From Spirochaetia bacterium (GTDB taxonomy: Bacteria; Spirochaetota; Spirochaetia; SZUA-6; Bin103): a stretch of 64,000 nucleotides of DNA. Position 1 is the stretch's first letter; each line of letters begins with the position of its first letter. A model generated the notes under the pieces. That model was not told the origin of the DNA. It searched no databases and saw nothing but the letters and a program-made list of their open reading frames with translations. This document shows, one piece after another, positions 12,249 to 22,029 of this stretch. Both the position numbers and the translations under genes were made by a program. The DNA is taken from contig CBDATQ010000001.1 of NCBI GenBank assembly GCA_965199955.1, forward strand, positions 2,272,001 through 2,336,000. Direction: 5' to 3'.

Positions 12249-12866
12249 ATGGCGATCGCGGTCAGTCCGAACAGGATGGAGCTCCTTCGCCTGAAGAAGA
12301 AACAGGTGGTGGCGGAGCGGGGCCACAAGCTGCTCAAGGACAAGCTCGAAGGGCTGCTGCAGGACTTCACCGAGATCGTGCGCCGCTACCAGGTCCTGCG
12401 CCGGGAAGTGGACGCGGAGATCGCCGAGCTGTTCAAGCGCTTCATCATGGCGTCGGCGTCCATGCCGGCTCCGCTCTACCGCGCGGCCCTGGCCTTTCCG
12501 GAGTGCGAGGCGCGCCTCGCCATGCGCGAGCGCATGATCATGAACGTGCACGTGCCGGTTTTCGACTTCTCCATCGAAGGCAACATGATCTCCTACGGCA
12601 TCGACGAGACCACCAGCGACCTCGATGACGCCATGGGCGCCCTGCGCGAGACGCTGCAGCGCATGGTCGAGCTGGCCGAGATCGAGAAGACGATCGAGCT
12701 GGTCGCCGACGAGATCGAGCGCACGCGGCGCCGCGTGAACGCCTTGGAGTACGTGCTGATCCCGCAGCAGGCCGACACCATCAAGTACATCAGCGCCAAG
12801 CTTCAAGAGCTGGAACGCGGCAACATCAGCCGCCTGATGAAGATCAAGGACTTGGTGGCAATGTAA
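12249..12866 (+). CDS. atpD: V/A-type ATP synthase subunit D
   Basis: PNRMELLRLK, RGHKLLKDK, TRRRVNALEY. Confidence 0.97.
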   Translation: MAIAVSPNRMELLRLKKKQVVAERGHKLLKDKLEGLLQDFTEIVRRYQVLRREVDAEIAELFKRFIMASASMPAPLYRAALAFPECEARLAMRERMIMNVHVPVFDFSIEGNMISYGIDETTSDLDDAMGALRETLQRMVELAEIEKTIELVADEIERTRRRVNALEYVLIPQQADTIKYISAKLQELERGNISRLMKIKDLVAM

Positions 12867-12884
12867 TCCGACGGGAAGTAATCC

Positions 12885-12913
12885 GACGGGAACTGCCCAG
12901 AGCAGTTCCCGTC
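12885..12913. terminator. Hairpin between convergent atpD and ddl
   Basis: Perfect 12-bp stem GACGGGAACTGC/GCAGTTCCCGTC with 5-nt loop; no U-tract. Confidence 0.55.
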
Positions 12914-12928
12914 CTCCGGCCCTCCCGG

Positions 12929-14020
12929 TCAGTCGCAACGAAGCCCGCGCTCCGTCTCGTACCGCTCGATCCCAAGCTCCAACAACCGCTCGATCAACTC
13001 GCCATACGGAAGCCCCGACGCCTCCCACAATTTCGGATACATGCTGATACGCGTGAACCCTGGAATCGTATTCAACTCGTTCACCAGTAGCGAACCATCT
13101 TCTTGTAGAAAAAAGTCGACACGCGCCATACCGTCGCAGCAGAGGGCTCGGTACGCTGCGAGCGCCATCTCCCGGACCCGCTCGCTCACCGACGGCTCAA
13201 GGTCGGCGGGGATCACGAGCTCGGCCCCGTCCTCGTCCCGGTACTTCGCCTCGTAGCTGTAGAACTCGTGGTGCGGGATCACCTCGCCCGCGACCGAGGC
13301 GATCGGATCGTCGTTGCCCAGCACCGCGCACTCGATCTCGCGCCCGGCGATCGCGCGCTCGATGACGATCTTGGTGTCATAGGCGAACGCGTCCTCGACC
13401 GCCGCGGCAAACGCCGCCGGATCCGCCACCTTGCGGATGCCGACCGAAGATCCCAGATTGGCCGGCTTCACGAACACCGGCGAGCCCAGGGAGCCTGCGA
13501 TCGCATCCCAAGAGAGTCGTGGACCGCTCGCGTACGCGACCCGGAAATCCGCCACCGGGATGTCCGCGCCGGCCAGCAACCGCTTCATCACGTCCTTGTC
13601 CATGCCGACCGCGGCCGCCAGCACGCCGGGTCCGGCGAACGGGATCCCCGCGGTCTTCAACAACCCCTGCACCGACCCGTCCTCGCCGTAGGGCCCGTGC
13701 AGCACCGGGAACACCACGTCCAGCGTCTGCAGCGCCGCGGGAGCGGAAATGCTCGGGCGCGCCGGGACGGGAACAGGCTGATCGCCTAACCCGAGGGGGA
13801 GCTCGTCTCCCCCGGTCGGGACCGCTCCGCGCTCGTCCGCGAGCAGGGTCCGGGCCAGGAACGCGTCCGGGTCCTCGCGCCGCCACGAGCCGTGTCGGTC
13901 GATGCGCAGCACCACCACTTCGTGCGCCGAACGGTCGACCGCGTTCAGGACATTGAACGCGGACTGGCGTGAAACGTCGTGTTCTGCGGAGCGGCCGCCG
14001 TAGATGATGCCGATGCGGAT
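12929..14020 (-). CDS. ddl: D-alanine--D-alanine ligase (start uncertain; possibly ATC at 14020)
   Basis: Frame continues upstream of the ORF-track start as IRIGIIYGGRSAEHDVS; FPVLHGPYGEDG, VKPANLGSS, FYSYEAKY, NELNTIPGFT. Confidence 0.93.
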   Translation of the reverse strand: MRIGIIYGGRSAEHDVSRQSAFNVLNAVDRSAHEVVVLRIDRHGSWRREDPDAFLARTLLADERGAVPTGGDELPLGLGDQPVPVPARPSISAPAALQTLDVVFPVLHGPYGEDGSVQGLLKTAGIPFAGPGVLAAAVGMDKDVMKRLLAGADIPVADFRVAYASGPRLSWDAIAGSLGSPVFVKPANLGSSVGIRKVADPAAFAAAVEDAFAYDTKIVIERAIAGREIECAVLGNDDPIASVAGEVIPHHEFYSYEAKYRDEDGAELVIPADLEPSVSERVREMALAAYRALCCDGMARVDFFLQEDGSLLVNELNTIPGFTRISMYPKLWEASGLPYGELIERLLELGIERYETERGLRCD

Positions 14021-14052
14021 AGCGGATTCCTACACCACAAAGCCGCCTCGCG

Positions 14053-15015
14053 TCACGCGGTGACCTTCTCGACCAGCTCGGAGACCGTGCGGAAGTTGGC
14101 GCGCAGCGCCTCCTCGCAGGCGTCCGGATCCTTGGGATCGCGGCCGGCCGGCAGGTAGTGGCTGGCGACCGACAGGAAGGCCGGGCAACCGTGCTCGTGC
14201 AGGTTGCGCAGCACGGTCTCGTAGTCGGTATGGCCCTGGCCGATCGGGCAGTAGGTGAAGTCGAGCTCCGGACCGCAATTGACGCGCAGGTCCTTCATGT
14301 GCAGGCCGTGTACGTAGGGACGGACGTTGCGAAAGCCGACGGTGGCGGTGTCCGACTCGCCGCAGTTGACGTTGTCGGCGGGTCCCCACATCACCCTGAT
14401 GCGCGGTGAAGCCAGCCGCTCGGCGACGCGCCGGAAGTTGCCGGTGGTGTTGGTGTAATTCCACGGCATCTGCATCAGCACCAGGTTGACGTCGTGGCGC
14501 TCGGCCGCCTCCAGCATCAACGTGAACGCCTTCTCCAGCTTGTCCATGTCGGCGCTGCCGATGATGCCGCCGCGCGTAGCCCAGCGCATCGGCCACGTGG
14601 GCGACACGCGGCCCTGCGCGGTGTACTCGCCCGGCCAGGCCAGGGTGAAGGTGCACACGTCGCGAAAGCCGAGCCGGGCGCCGATCTGCATGCCCCGCTC
14701 CAACCGCGCGAAGTGATCCTTGAACTGTGGATGTTCGGCCATCGTGTCGATCTCGAGGTCGGCCAAGTGCACCTCCTTGAAGACGTTGCCGCCAAACAGC
14801 AGGGGCCGCACGCCGTGCGCCTCCAGGCGCTTGCCGAGACGGTCGGCCTGCGCGTCGGTGAGCTCGCCGACCGGTCCTTCGGCCCCCAGCGAGTGAACCA
14901 GGATGTGCTCCGCGCCGATCGCCCGCACCCGTTCCAGGGCACGGTCGAAGTCCGGAATCGGCAGCTCGCCGATGAAGATGCCTAACGTGAATGCGTGGGT
15001 ACCCATGCGACGCAT
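14053..15015 (-). CDS. Sugar phosphate isomerase/epimerase (xylose isomerase-like TIM barrel)
   Basis: VMWGPADN, HGLHMKD, CPIGQGHTDY motifs; ATG at 15015 or 15006. Confidence 0.75.
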   Translation of the reverse strand: MRRMGTHAFTLGIFIGELPIPDFDRALERVRAIGAEHILVHSLGAEGPVGELTDAQADRLGKRLEAHGVRPLLFGGNVFKEVHLADLEIDTMAEHPQFKDHFARLERGMQIGARLGFRDVCTFTLAWPGEYTAQGRVSPTWPMRWATRGGIIGSADMDKLEKAFTLMLEAAERHDVNLVLMQMPWNYTNTTGNFRRVAERLASPRIRVMWGPADNVNCGESDTATVGFRNVRPYVHGLHMKDLRVNCGPELDFTYCPIGQGHTDYETVLRNLHEHGCPAFLSVASHYLPAGRDPKDPDACEEALRANFRTVSELVEKVTA

Positions 15016-15093
15016 GGAACATCGGTTGGTCGGCGTTCCGCAACCTCCCGTTGCGTCCTGACGCGCTCCCGGCGATCTGCGATGCTCGGCCGC

Positions 15094-15406
15094 ATGAGAT
15101 ACGCGTGGACGTGGCGGATCAAGCCGGACCGGATCGACGAGTACGTGCGCATGCACTCCGAACCGTGGCCGGAGATCATGAGCGAGCACTCCGCGGCCGG
15201 CATCAGCGACTACTCCATCTACCGCGACGGCAACCGGTTCTTCTACACCTTCGAGTGCGACGACGTGGAGGCGGCGTTCCGCTACCTTGCCGAGTCCGAG
15301 GCGTGCCAACGCTGGAACGCGCTCACCAGCGATGGTGGAGGGATCGTTCGACTTCGAGGAGGCCAAGCCGATCCGGTTTCTGGAGGAGGTGTTTCGCCTG
15401 GAGTAG
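15094..15406 (+). pseudogene. L-rhamnose mutarotase family, frameshifted near 15331
   Basis: IKPDRIDEYVRMH..PWPE..AGISDYSIY; the expected C-terminus FLEEVFRLE* is in the +1 frame. Confidence 0.75.
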
Positions 15407-15424
15407 CGCCGCCGCGCCTGCGCG

Positions 15425-16798
15425 TCAGTCGTTCTCCGCAGGCATGCCGAGCTCCCAGCGCAGCGCGCCGTCCAGGGCCGGCTCCAGCCATCTGAAGCCC
15501 AGCTCCGTGAGCCGTGCAGGCACCACGTCCTGTCCGCGCAGGATGAGCTGCTCGCCCATCTCCCCGAACAACGCGCGGATGGCGATGCCTGGCACCGGCG
15601 CGAACGCCGGGCGGCGCAGCACGCCTGCCAGCGTACGCGTGAATTTCCGGTTGGCGGCCGCGCGCGGCGCCACCGCGTTGAAGGCACCCCGTGCCTGCCC
15701 GTTGCTCACCAGGAAGTGCAGGACGCCGACCGCGTCATCCAGCCCGATCCAACTGATCGGCTGCCGGCCGCTGCCGACCACGCCGCCCGCGCCGGCCCGG
15801 AACACCGGCAACAGCCGCTGCAGCATCCCGGCCCTGGGGCTGAGCACCGGACCAAGGCGGGCGTGCGCGACGCGGATGCCCGCCGCCCGCGCCGGATCGG
15901 CTGCCCGCTCCCAGGCGGCCGTCACCTCGGCCAGGAAGCCGTCGCCGGCCGACGCGGACTCGTCGACCGTGCCGTCCACGTCGCCGTAGTAGCCGACGGC
16001 CGAGGCCGACACCAGCACCGCCGGTGGCCGTTCGAGCCCTGCGAGCGCCTTGCAGAGCAGCCCGGTCGAATCGACGCGGCTCGAGCGAATGCTCCTTCTC
16101 CGCGCGGCGGTCCAGCGCCCGGCGCCGATGCTTTCGCCCGTGAGGTGGATCACCGCGTCGAAGCCTTCCAGCGCCCCCGCATCGATCCGGCCGGCCGCCG
16201 GGTCCCAGGCGATCTCGCCAGGCACCGCCGGCGGACGCCGCACCAGCCGAACCACCTCATGGCCGCCGGTCTGCAGAAACGGCGTAAGCGCGCCGCCGAT
16301 CAACCCGGACGCGCCCGTGATCAGCACGCGCAGCGGCTCTGCCGGCCCGGCTGCGTGGCGGTCCAGGTCGCGGCGGAGCCGTTCGTGGCGGAATCGGAAG
16401 ATGCGCTCCAGCCTCTCCCCCCGCCACGCGCGACCCGGAAGTGCCGAGAGTCCGCCCGGCTCGTACTCGATCCGGTCGGTCAGCTCACAGACCGACTCCC
16501 CGGTGGCGCGGAACAGGTGGCGGTGATGCCACGAGCGCCCGGGACCAGCGAGCTGCCGATCCTCGAACGCCACGCCGGGCCGGTAGCCCTCGTGCTGCAG
16601 CGTCCAGCGCGCGCTGAACGGTCCGATGCGCACCCGCAAGGTGACGCGGTCGCCGTCCCGGATCGTCCCCGTGCGCTCGAGCGTCTCGACCCGCTCGCCC
16701 GGCGGCAGCATGCGATCCAGCGCGCCCGGGCGCTCGTGCCAGGCGAAGGCGCGCGCGGCCGAGTGGGGGAGCGCCGTCGACCGCTCGTAGGTCTCCAT
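15425..16798 (-). CDS. SRPBCC domain plus TIGR01777-type NAD-dependent epimerase fusion
   Basis: N-terminal FAWHERPGA..FEDRQLAGP..WHHRH; ITGASGLIG, SASAVGYYG, WIGLDD, FNAVAP. Confidence 0.88.
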   Translation of the reverse strand: METYERSTALPHSAARAFAWHERPGALDRMLPPGERVETLERTGTIRDGDRVTLRVRIGPFSARWTLQHEGYRPGVAFEDRQLAGPGRSWHHRHLFRATGESVCELTDRIEYEPGGLSALPGRAWRGERLERIFRFRHERLRRDLDRHAAGPAEPLRVLITGASGLIGGALTPFLQTGGHEVVRLVRRPPAVPGEIAWDPAAGRIDAGALEGFDAVIHLTGESIGAGRWTAARRRSIRSSRVDSTGLLCKALAGLERPPAVLVSASAVGYYGDVDGTVDESASAGDGFLAEVTAAWERAADPARAAGIRVAHARLGPVLSPRAGMLQRLLPVFRAGAGGVVGSGRQPISWIGLDDAVGVLHFLVSNGQARGAFNAVAPRAAANRKFTRTLAGVLRRPAFAPVPGIAIRALFGEMGEQLILRGQDVVPARLTELGFRWLEPALDGALRWELGMPAEND

Positions 16799-16904
16799 GG
16801 GAACAGGCTACCGTCACCGAGCCGGGCGGACCACCGCGCGGCGAACACCGACCGGCCGTTTGATCTTTTGGGCCCGGTTGCCCATATTTCCATCCAGAGA
16901 CTGC

Positions 16905-16976
16905 GGCCCCTTCGTCTATCGGCTAGGACGCGAGACTCTCATTCTCGAAAGAGGGGTTCGATTCCCCTAGGGGCTA
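16905..16976 (+). tRNA. tRNA-Glu (anticodon CTC), CCA not encoded
   Basis: Acceptor GGCCCCT/AGGGGCT; anticodon arm CGAGA-CTCTCAT-TCTCG; T arm AGGGG-TTCGATT-CCCCT. Confidence 0.95.
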
Positions 16977-16984
16977 TGCCGAGA

Positions 16985-17031
16985 ACGGCCGCAACTCTAT
17001 AGGCAGAAATACTTATAGGAGTTGCGGCCGT
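16985..17031. repeat. Long inverted repeat just downstream of tRNA-Glu
   Basis: ACGGCCGCAACTC / GAGTTGCGGCCGT arms around an AT-rich core with two TATAG copies. Confidence 0.75.
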
Positions 17032-17377
17032 GCCGGTTATCGCGCTTGTTACCACGTCTCGCGCTAATACAGACCAAGGGCCGGCCCATGGATGCGTTCG
17101 TAAGGATCGACAGCTCCGCGCGGATGAAGCGGAGCCGGGCGGGCGCCCGGAGCCTTCGATCATGCCGCGTCCGTCGGTGATAGCCCGACTACCGTCCCCG
17201 GCGCCGGGGTGATGGCGCGTTCCTCGCCGTCGCGTTGCTCGACGCTCTGCGTCTCCCACAGCTCGATCGGGATCTCGTTCGACTTCGCCCCGGCCGCGCT
17301 CTGCAGCTCGGCCAAGCAGCAGGCGATCACCCCGGCAGACAACGGGTCGATCCTGCCGCGCTGCCGTCCCTTCTCCA

Positions 17378-17608
17378 GTGCCGGATCAGGCCGACTACCT
17401 CGCCCACGATCTGAACCGGCCGGGCGAGCCGTCGCGCGAGATCTGCACGGTGTGGCTGGTGCACTGTCGCGGGCAGGGTGCGAGCGCGACCGCGGCCGGG
17501 TCCGCCGACGTGCGCGCCTTCCAGCGGGCCGTCGCGGATCAGACCATCGCCGTGGTGCAGGGCCGGGCACTGATGGCGCATGCGATCAGTGAGAGCTCGA
17601 TCGGCGGC
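17378..17608 (+). pseudogene. Possible phage terminase large subunit C-terminal fragment, cut by the IS
   Basis: RGQG...ADVRAFQRAV...LMAHAISES resembles terminase nuclease-domain C-termini (from memory, unverified). Confidence 0.3.
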
Positions 17609-18768
17609 GAGCTACCATCAAGAGGTGTGTAAACGAAAAAGGCGGCGCCCTGTAGAATCCTGAAATCACCACAAAGTCAGGAGGACACCGCCGTGGAAGA
17701 GATTGGTCACGAAGGAGAGCACCCAGTCAAGCGCGTGCTGGCAGGCCATGGAGGAGATGGCCCGGCGCCACGTTCAGCAGTGGCTGCAGGGATTGCTTGA
17801 GGACGAGGTGACGCAGAGTTTCTTGGCCGAGCCCGCTACCGTCGCCGAGATGAAGGGGAACGCGGCTACTGCAACGGCTACGGCAAGCCGCGGCAGCTGA
17901 CCACACGGGCCGGCACGGTGACGGTGCGTCGGCCGCGGGTGCGCGGGCTGGAGCAGCGGTTCGAGAGCGCGCTGCTGCCGCTGTGTGCGCGGCGCACGCC
18001 TGAGGTCACCGACGTGCTGCCGCAGTTGTACCTGCACGGGCTGGCGCTGGGCGATTTCGAGCTGGCCCTGCGGGGGCTGTTCGGCGAGCACGGTGGCGCG
18101 GGTGAAGGACCGCTGGCACGCCGAGGCGGCCGCGTGGCACGAACGCAGCCTGGCGGATCTGGAGTTGGTGTACCTGTGGGTCGACGGCCTGTACGTGAAA
18201 GCGGGGCTGGAGAAGGACAAGGCGGCGCTGCGGGAGGTGTGTATCCGGACGCCGAGGAGCAACGGTGCTGGAATCACCGGATCGTCAACGTGCTGGACCA
18301 GGTGCCGAAGCGCTCCCAGGAGGAAGCGAAGGGGAAGCTGAAGAAGATCGCCTACGCCGAGACGCTCAAGGAGGCTGAGCAACGTCGAGGATCGTTCCAG
18401 AGCTGGGCGCGTGGCCAGGGGCTGCAGCGAGCCGCCGAGTTGATCGCGCAGGACTGGGAGCGGATGGTGAGCTACTACGGGTATCCACGAGCTCACTGGC
18501 GGCACCTGCGGACGACCAATGTGATCGAGTCGCCGTTCGCGGCGCTGAGGTTACGGACCGATGCGGCGAAGCGATTCAAGAAGGTAGCCAACGCCACCGC
18601 CGTGATCTGGAAGATGCTGTTGGTGGCCGAGACGAAGTTCCGGAAGCTGAACGCGCCGGAGCTACTTCAAGATGTGTGGGTGGGAGCCGAGTACCGAGAC
18701 GGAATTCGAATCGAAGATCAGGAGCGGGACGCTGCCTGACTCGTTTACACACCTATTGACAGGACCTC
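17609..18768 (+). mobile_element. Degenerate IS256-family insertion sequence
   Basis: Imperfect terminal inverted repeats sharing AGGTGTGTAAACGA; transposase motifs VRRPRVR, LYLHGL, YLWVDG, QRCWNH, LRTTNVIES split over frames. Confidence 0.88.
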
Positions 18769-19260
18769 ACGCTCGAACAGGTCCGAACGCTGATAGGCGC
18801 CCTCCACGCCCGCGACAACATGAGCAAGCGCCGCCTCGGCCGCTTCCCGGTCAACGCCGCTGTCCGCGCACCACAAACGGAACGCCGAGCGCATGCCGTG
18901 CTGGTGGCGTCAATACCCAGCTCGCCCAGGAGCTTGGAAGTCGTCATGTTGGACAGCGCCTTGCCGGTCATCGACGGGGGAACACCAGCGCCTCCGGGTC
19001 GCCGCCCGACAGCGCGCGCTTGATCGAGCACCGTCATCGCTTGCCGGGAGAGCGGGACACGATGCAGGAGCCCCGACTTCATGCGCTCCGGTAGCACCGA
19101 CCAGACGCAGCCGGAAAAGGTCGACCTCATCCCATCGAGCAAGCCGCGCCTCGCCGGATCGCACGGCCGTCAGAGTGATGAACTCCAAGCGATGGCCCAT
19201 TTCATCACAACGCCGATCCGCTGCCGCAACCGCCGTGCCGTCTCTCTTGGTGGACCTATA
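18769..19260 (-). pseudogene. P4-like tyrosine integrase C-terminal remnant
   Basis: LEFITLTAVRSGEAR..WDEVD, PERMK..HRVPLS and EAALAH..VEGAYQRSDLFE in different frames. Confidence 0.8.
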
Positions 19261-19297
19261 GGCTGCGGTACGCACTTCGTGCGCACATGGTGCCACC

Positions 19298-19954
19298 TCA
19301 CTCGAAGAGGCCGGTCACGATCTCCACCAGGGACTCGAACACGTTCCCGGCCGCCTCGGCCACCCCCTCCAGGAACGCGGGAGCCGCTTCGGCCGCGGCG
19401 TCCGCGACCTGTGCCGCGCCCACCGCTCCGACGAACGCCACGTCCGGGCCCGTCCAGAGCAGGGCTTCGGCGACCACGTCGAATCCTTCCCGCCCGTCCC
19501 TTCGAGCCACAACGCGGCCGCGCTCCATCCGCCAGATCGCTTCGAGCTCGTGGTGGTCGAACCACACTCCCTTGCACTTCGTACAGATGTCGAGCGTGAC
19601 GCCGGCGCGCGGCACCTGCAGCATGGGTCGCTCGCAGGCCGGGCACGCCAGTTGGGTGTTCGCGCCGCACGCTCCGCAGGCGGAGCTGTCGCGATCCAGG
19701 AAGGCTCGACACAAGTGGCACTGCGCCCGGTGCTTCCGGTCACGGACCGGGACGCGGGCCCGCAGCGCCTCGGGGCGTTGGCGGCGGAGGCGCTGGACCT
19801 CGCCCAGCTCGAACCACATGCCGCCGCAGCGGTTGCAGTGATCGAGGATGAGGGGCTGGCCGTCAGGCGTTCCGTGCGCGGCGGATCCGTCCATCCGCAC
19901 CTTGTCCATCTTGACCCCGAGACAGACCGGGCAGGGCCAGCGGGGCTCGCTCAT
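19298..19954 (-). CDS. Multi zinc-ribbon (zf-TFIIB-like) protein
   Basis: Six CxxC pairs; two 'D.C..C.G.WF..GE/HE' zf-TFIIB-type signatures. Confidence 0.75.
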   Translation of the reverse strand: MSEPRWPCPVCLGVKMDKVRMDGSAAHGTPDGQPLILDHCNRCGGMWFELGEVQRLRRQRPEALRARVPVRDRKHRAQCHLCRAFLDRDSSACGACGANTQLACPACERPMLQVPRAGVTLDICTKCKGVWFDHHELEAIWRMERGRVVARRDGREGFDVVAEALLWTGPDVAFVGAVGAAQVADAAAEAAPAFLEGVAEAAGNVFESLVEIVTGLFE

Positions 19955-20400
19955 GGGTCCAGCAGCCTCCTCGCCTGATCCTTCTCGGACGTGTGCGCAA
20001 CGTCGTGGAACACGTACACCAGCACGCCCGAGTCGGTGATCCGGAGATCCGCCACCTTTCTCAGCGCGAGCGCATGCAGCGCCTCTTCCGCCGCCGCCGG
20101 GGACACCGCCAGCTCGCCGGCCACCTCCACGGCGGTGAGCCGTCCGGCGTGCCGTCCCGCCAGGCGCAGCACCTCCGCCTCCAGCGTCTCACGCCGTAGC
20201 GCCTCACGCCGCTCGCCGCGGACCCGCCCGGCGCCGAAATGCCCGGCGATCAGCCAGGCTCCGACCGCCACGGGCAGGCCCGCCCCGATCAGCAGCGCCA
20301 CGACCGTGGCCGTCCCTCCTTGCACGTCGGCCTGCGTGAATCCGAGCAGCACGAACAGCCCCACCGCGATCAGACAACAGCCGCCGATCAGCCTACCCAT
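19951..20400 (-). CDS. Hypothetical membrane protein (2 TM plus putative winged-helix domain)
   Basis: Two N-terminal hydrophobic helices; GRLTAVEVA...SGVLVYVF; ATGA overlap with the zinc-ribbon gene. Confidence 0.65.
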   Translation of the reverse strand: MGRLIGGCCLIAVGLFVLLGFTQADVQGGTATVVALLIGAGLPVAVGAWLIAGHFGAGRVRGERREALRRETLEAEVLRLAGRHAGRLTAVEVAGELAVSPAAAEEALHALALRKVADLRITDSGVLVYVFHDVAHTSEKDQARRLLDP

Positions 20401-20473
20401 GTTTCAAACCCTTCCGAGCGTCGCGGGCAGGGTACACCGCACCGCGGGATCCCACGCCGCGCCGACGGTGGCA

Positions 20474-20815
20474 TCAGTCCACGCTCGGCACGAACGTGAT
20501 CACTATCCTGGCCAGGTCAGGATCGTCCCTGTCCCTTTCGAGATAGAGCGGACGATCCCGATACTCTGCGAAGAGGCTTTCCCACCTTCCATGCGACGAC
20601 CGGTGACGAACGTTCGTGTCGTAGTGGCAGTCCGGGTTACACCATGCGGTCGGATAGACGTAGCTCCTGTAGGGGTCCTCCGACTCCTCCTCGAAGAAAT
20701 GGATCTCCGTGAACGCCCACACCAGGGTGTTGTTCTGCAGGTGGCCGTCCCATCCGCCGATTGACACGGTCGCGTGGATAGGTGCATGGCTGTCCATTGT
20801 CGGCCAGAGTTGCAC
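20474..20815 (-). CDS. Hypothetical protein or fragment, lower GC
   Basis: 113-aa ORF with protein-like composition; no recognised motif; start uncertain. Confidence 0.3.
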   Translation of the reverse strand: MQLWPTMDSHAPIHATVSIGGWDGHLQNNTLVWAFTEIHFFEEESEDPYRSYVYPTAWCNPDCHYDTNVRHRSSHGRWESLFAEYRDRPLYLERDRDDPDLARIVITFVPSVD

Positions 20816-20922
20816 GGGAGGGGTACTGAGGCAACGGCCATCGGTCGGTCCGGCGACGGCCCTTCGCCTTCGACGGTGCCGGCTAGTATGGTACGGCCAT
20901 CAACGAACAGCACCCCGCCGAA

Positions 20923-21987
20923 GTGAACACCCTGGATGCCCTGCTGTCCGGGATCGCCGCCGACGCTCCGCTCATCGGCCTGCTCGTCGCCATCGTCGCG
21001 TCGCTGGCGGTGCTCGCGAAGGGCGCCGACATCCTGGTCGATCAGGCGGTGTCGCTGTCGCGGCGCCTGGGCGTTCCGAAGATGCTCATCGGAGCCACCG
21101 TGGTCAGCGTCGGCACCACGTTGCCGGAGGCCGCGGTCAGTGTGCTGGCCGCCGTGCAGGGAGCGCCGGGGCTGGCGCTCGGCAACTCCGTCGGCTCGAT
21201 CATCGCCGACACGGGCCTGATCCTGGGGCTGGCGATCCTGATCGGCCGGGTGCCGACCGAGCGGCGCCTGGTGAGCCGCCAGAGCTGGATCCAGGTCGCA
21301 AGCGCGCTGCTCCTGGTGCTGGTGTGCGTGCCCTACCTGGCGCTGCGCGGCATGTTCACCGACGGCGGCCGCCTGCCGCAGCCCGTGGGCATCCTTTTCC
21401 TTGTGCTGCTCGGCCTGTACCTGTGGCGCTCGATTTCCTGGTCGCGCACCGCACCCGGCGGAGCTTCCGAAGATGCCGCGGACGAGGACGGCGCCGCGGC
21501 GCCAACACCGCTCGGCGCGCTGGCGCTGCTCGCGCTGGGCGTGGTGATGGTCGTGGTAGGCGCGAACGTGCTGATCACGGCGGTCGAGGAGTTGGCGACC
21601 CGCCTGCAGATTCCCGACGCGATCATCGCCGCCACGCTGGTGGCGTTTGGCACGTCACTGCCGGAGCTGGTGACCGCGGTCACGGCCGTGCGCAGAGGAC
21701 ACGGCGAGCTTGCCATCGGCAACGTGCTCGGCGCCGACGTGCTCAATGTGCTGTTCGTGAGCGGCGCCGCCGCCGCGGTGACGACGGGCGGACTGGCCGT
21801 GCCGCCGCAATTCTTCTACCTGTTCTTCCCGTCGATGCTGTTCGTGGTGCTGGTGCTGCGGTTCGGCATCAGCCGCACCGGGACGGGCCAGTTCAGCAAG
21901 GCGTTCGGCTTCGCGCTGCTCGGCGCCTATCTGGTGACCGTCCTGCTAGGCTACGTGGTTCCGGGCGGCGGCAGCTTGCACGGCTGA
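20923..21987 (+). CDS. Calcium/sodium antiporter (CaCA, YrbG-like)
   Basis: Two alpha repeats: GTTLPE..GNSVGS and GTSLPEL..GNVLGAD. Confidence 0.92.
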   Translation: MNTLDALLSGIAADAPLIGLLVAIVASLAVLAKGADILVDQAVSLSRRLGVPKMLIGATVVSVGTTLPEAAVSVLAAVQGAPGLALGNSVGSIIADTGLILGLAILIGRVPTERRLVSRQSWIQVASALLLVLVCVPYLALRGMFTDGGRLPQPVGILFLVLLGLYLWRSISWSRTAPGGASEDAADEDGAAAPTPLGALALLALGVVMVVVGANVLITAVEELATRLQIPDAIIAATLVAFGTSLPELVTAVTAVRRGHGELAIGNVLGADVLNVLFVSGAAAAVTTGGLAVPPQFFYLFFPSMLFVVLVLRFGISRTGTGQFSKAFGFALLGAYLVTVLLGYVVPGGGSLHG

Positions 21988-22029
21988 TCTCAGAGGCCCC
22001 ACGGAACCCCGAAGGAGTCCGCCCGCACC

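Noticed and set aside
14030..14032. Genetic-code reassignment or pyrrolysine readthrough of the ddl TAG
   Set aside because: TAG is a normal stop for many genes here and no pyl genes are present; an ATC start or an error is simpler
17609..18768. Programmed frameshift in the IS256 transposase
   Set aside because: Several frame breaks and a large internal deletion indicate decay
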